DNA of 64,000 nt, from NCBI RefSeq assembly GCF_964213995.1, contig NC_135819.1, positions 67,766,001 through 67,830,000 on the forward strand, given 5' to 3'. The stretch is from Mustelus asterias. Its lineage: Eukaryota. Shown here piece after piece: positions 61,197-64,000 of this stretch. The notes under the pieces are model-generated. The model made no database searches. It worked only from the letters and a program-made list of their open reading frames with translations, and was not told where the DNA came from. The first letter of the stretch is position 1. Every line of letters starts with the position of its first letter. The translations under genes and the position numbers were made by a program.

Positions 61197-62417
61197 GTAA
61201 GTACAACAAATACAATAGCAAAAACTGAGGATGTCAAAAACCGGAAATAAAAACAGAAAATGCTGGAAAAGCTCATCAAGTCAGACAGCACCTGTGGAGA
61301 GAAAAACAGAGTTGATATTTCAGATCAGGTCAATCTTATTTTCTCAACAAAAAGACCTTGGGATTGCCACCCAACATGCTCTGATGGCAACAATCTCAGG
61401 GTTAGATAGTGGAACACTTCTTTAACTCTTGTTATGTTCTATCTTCCTGCCTTGCCTCTGCCTCAGACTGCATAAGAGAATTTGCAATCTGGGTGTTCAA
61501 TTTGATGCATTCCTTATTTTCAACCCCATTTTCCCTCCCAACATCAAGAGCATCTTCAACCATCTCTGTAGCATCTTTCATCTTTGACTGTCCCTCAGTC
61601 CTTGTTACCTCTAGACAGGACTGCTGCAAAACCCTCCAGGCTAGCCTCCCACCCTCCATCTTACATAAGCCACTGCTCATCCAAAACTCTACAGGCCTGC
61701 ATTCGCTCTGTCACCCAACACCTAATGTTTAAAATTCTCATCCTTATGTTGAAATTCCTTCATGGCCTTTCCCTTCCTATCTCTATAACCTGTCAATCAC
61801 CTTGGAACTATTTTCTACAATAAAGGCATTAAATAAATGTAATTTCTTGCTGTGTCAGTACAAAGATTTCCAAGGCAGGTATGGCACAGACAACTGTGGA
61901 GAAAGGTTTCCTTTGTTTTGTCTAATCTCAGAATGGCACCAACGTGCGTAGTTCCGCTTCCCATGCCAGCTATTCTAGGACCCCTTTGAGAGAATACTGA
62001 TCTGATGCCATTTTAGCAAAATTAGGGCAGTTTTGGGCCTGGGGTTTCCCCCTCATTATGAACTGTACTGAAGTTGTCCTGGACTCTTCTTGTGGAGAAC
62101 CCCGACAGGCAGTCAATAGGCAAAGCCCAGCTCGTGTGTTCTTGTTAGCTGTTGGTTAGATCAGCAGCTTATTTGCCACTTTGTACTCTCTCTTCTTGGG
62201 ATCCAGTTACTTGTTGTGCCTGAAGGATTCTCCATCAAATTTCAGTCAAAGTGCAGATCTCCCTGGAGCCTCCCTGTACAATTCTCCACATATACACACA
62301 TTTCGGGTACCGGGGAGGGGGGGATCAATCCAGGCTCCCAGAAATCAGGAGAATCCCCTGATGGTACCGAAAGAAAAAGGAAGAACTTACATTTCTATCG
62401 TGCCTTCCATTAGTGTC

Positions 62418-62612
62418 GGTAAGTAGTCTCACAACACCAGGTTAAAATCCAACAGGTTTATTTGGTAGTTCCCTCACCTGATGAAGGGGCAACGCTCCGA
62501 AAGCTCGTGCTACCAAATAAACCTGTTGGACTTTAACCCGGTGTTGTGAGACTTCTTACTGTGTTGGACCCCAGTCCAACGCCGGCAACTCCATATCATG
62601 GCTACCACCGAC
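62418..62612. mobile_element. Penelope-like pLTR with inverted arm, 12-bp TSD, inserted in a minus-strand DeuSINE (about 62380-62890)
   Basis: TSD TCCATTAGTGTC at 62406-62417 and 62613-62624. Confidence 0.75.
62475..62509 (+). ncRNA. Minimal type I hammerhead ribozyme motif (sense to CPA intron 7)
   Basis: CAC-CTGATGA-A-GGGGC(AAC)GCTCC-GAAA-GCTC/GTG; NUH = CUC. Confidence 0.72.
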
Positions 62613-63911
62613 TCCATTAGTGTCCCAAGCATTTTACTTCTAGGCGTTTAGTCAGTGTTATAATACAAGAAACATGACAGCAAATCTGCACCCAGGAATC
62701 TCCCACTATCAGCACTGTGGTAATGACCTGGTTTAACAATGTTGGTTGAGGAATCAGCAATGACATCATCCTTAAAATAGCACCATAGGATATTCTATGT
62801 TTATCTTGAAAGAGCAGACTGGACCTCAATTTAAACACCTTACCCAAAAGATAGCAACTCCCTCAGGACTGCACTACACTGTCAGCTAATAGATTGTTGG
62901 AAGATGTTCAATTATAGATGCACAGCAAAAAAAGTTCTTGAATTGCATTAGGAGGAAATGAGTAAAAACCTCAAGTGGTTGCTCTGTTGTGATATAAAGT
63001 ATTGTTCACACATCAGTTGGAACTCTATGTACATGCAAAGGATGTTATGGCCAGGGACTAGGGGCAGGATGGTCACAGAGCTAGGCAATGGAGATGGGAG
63101 CTACAACAAGGATGATTTTATTAAGAGCTTCCATTAAGTGGAAGTTTGAAAAAGATGGGCTTGTTATTCTTGTAAGGGAGGAAGCAATGATTTAAAGAAC
63201 ATTTTCAAGACTATAAGAAACTATATAAACTGAAAGAAAACCAACTATTCACTGAAGTAACATTCTGGTCATTGTCACATTGCTGTGTGTGGGAGTTTGC
63301 CATGTGTGAATTGAGCCATCATATTTACTGCATTGCAGTGATCACATTCCAAAAAGGCTCCTCTGGGCATCCTGAGGTTTGCAAAGTCTCATATAGATTC
63401 AAACCTTTTATTTTGCTTTATCTGAGCGCTGACACAGGATTTATAGAGCACAAAAAAGCCAGAGAAACAACCTAAAAAGGCGGAAAGAAAGAGTCAGAGG
63501 GGGAAGTGGCAGGGCTTTTGCAACCCAAAGGTAACAGAAAGGTGAAATAACTGAGCAGGGAAGTGACTGAAACAAAAGATAATTTTTTATTTTGTGGATT
63601 GACCAACCAAGGTGAAGTTCCAAAGTCTATATCGTGGGACACTAACAAGGGTGAATGGAGTAGGGGAAATAAATTAAATCTAACAGTCCATTTTGGCACT
63701 TGAAGCCTGCAGATTGAAGCAGGGATAAAGACTGAAAGTGGCGAGTAGTTTTTAAAGTTGATTAACTGTATTTCCAGACAGTCAAAAGAAGAACAAACAA
63801 AATGAGAGGGAGAATTAATTGTTTCTGGGGCAGATTTGATGAGGACTTTGAGGTCCATTTGATGAGGACTTTCCTCAGCCCCTAGAGTGATTCTGGTTCT
63901 TTCTTTTTCAG

Positions 63912-64000
63912 AACCGCATGTGGCGTAAGACCAGGTCTAGACATGCTGGGACATCATGTACAGGTGTTGACCCAAACAGGAATTTTGATGCCAATTTTGG
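63912..64000 (+). CDS. CPA1: Carboxypeptidase A1-like, coding exon 8 (truncated by the window end; Arg127, Asn144, Arg145)
   Basis: ttctttttcAG|[30 protein letters not shown]. Confidence 0.95.

Noticed and set aside
63837-63874. 15-bp direct repeat TTTGATGAGGACTTT near the last acceptor; also poly-C/G tracts (22320, 24544, 40855, 44790) and (TGATA)n at 24940
   Set aside because: Ordinary slippage-type microrepeats with no evidence of function.

Overview
Repeat-rich vertebrate genomic DNA, most likely an elasmobranch (shark), judged from abundant HE1/V-SINE-type and DeuSINE-type SINEs, CR1 LINEs and Penelope-like repeats. Host genes I can support: (1) an intact single-coding-exon GT11 alpha-1,2-fucosyltransferase (FUT1/FUT2-like) on the minus strand at 36911-38083; (2) the first eight coding exons of a pancreatic-type metallocarboxypeptidase A gene (CPA1-like, M14A) on the plus strand, from a TATA promoter at 49143 to the window end; the ORF track misses all of these exons; (3) a probable signal-peptide exon of a second, oppositely oriented CPA-like gene (6527-6594, minus), with a 5' non-coding exon and a perfect RFX X-box. 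The rest is nested mobile DNA: a near full-length CR1 with a 7-bp TSD and an esterase ORF1, a two-LTR Gypsy element with PBS/PPT/TSD, two solo LTRs, about 20 V-SINEs with two different tails, and Penelope-like insertions with 10-14 bp TSDs, several carrying minimal hammerhead ribozyme motifs. Other oddities: a U2-snRNA-headed repeat, a near-perfect discontinuous inverted duplication, and a foldback minisatellite. Everything was read by eye; boundaries of degenerate repeats are approximate, and family names come from motif recognition, not database searches.
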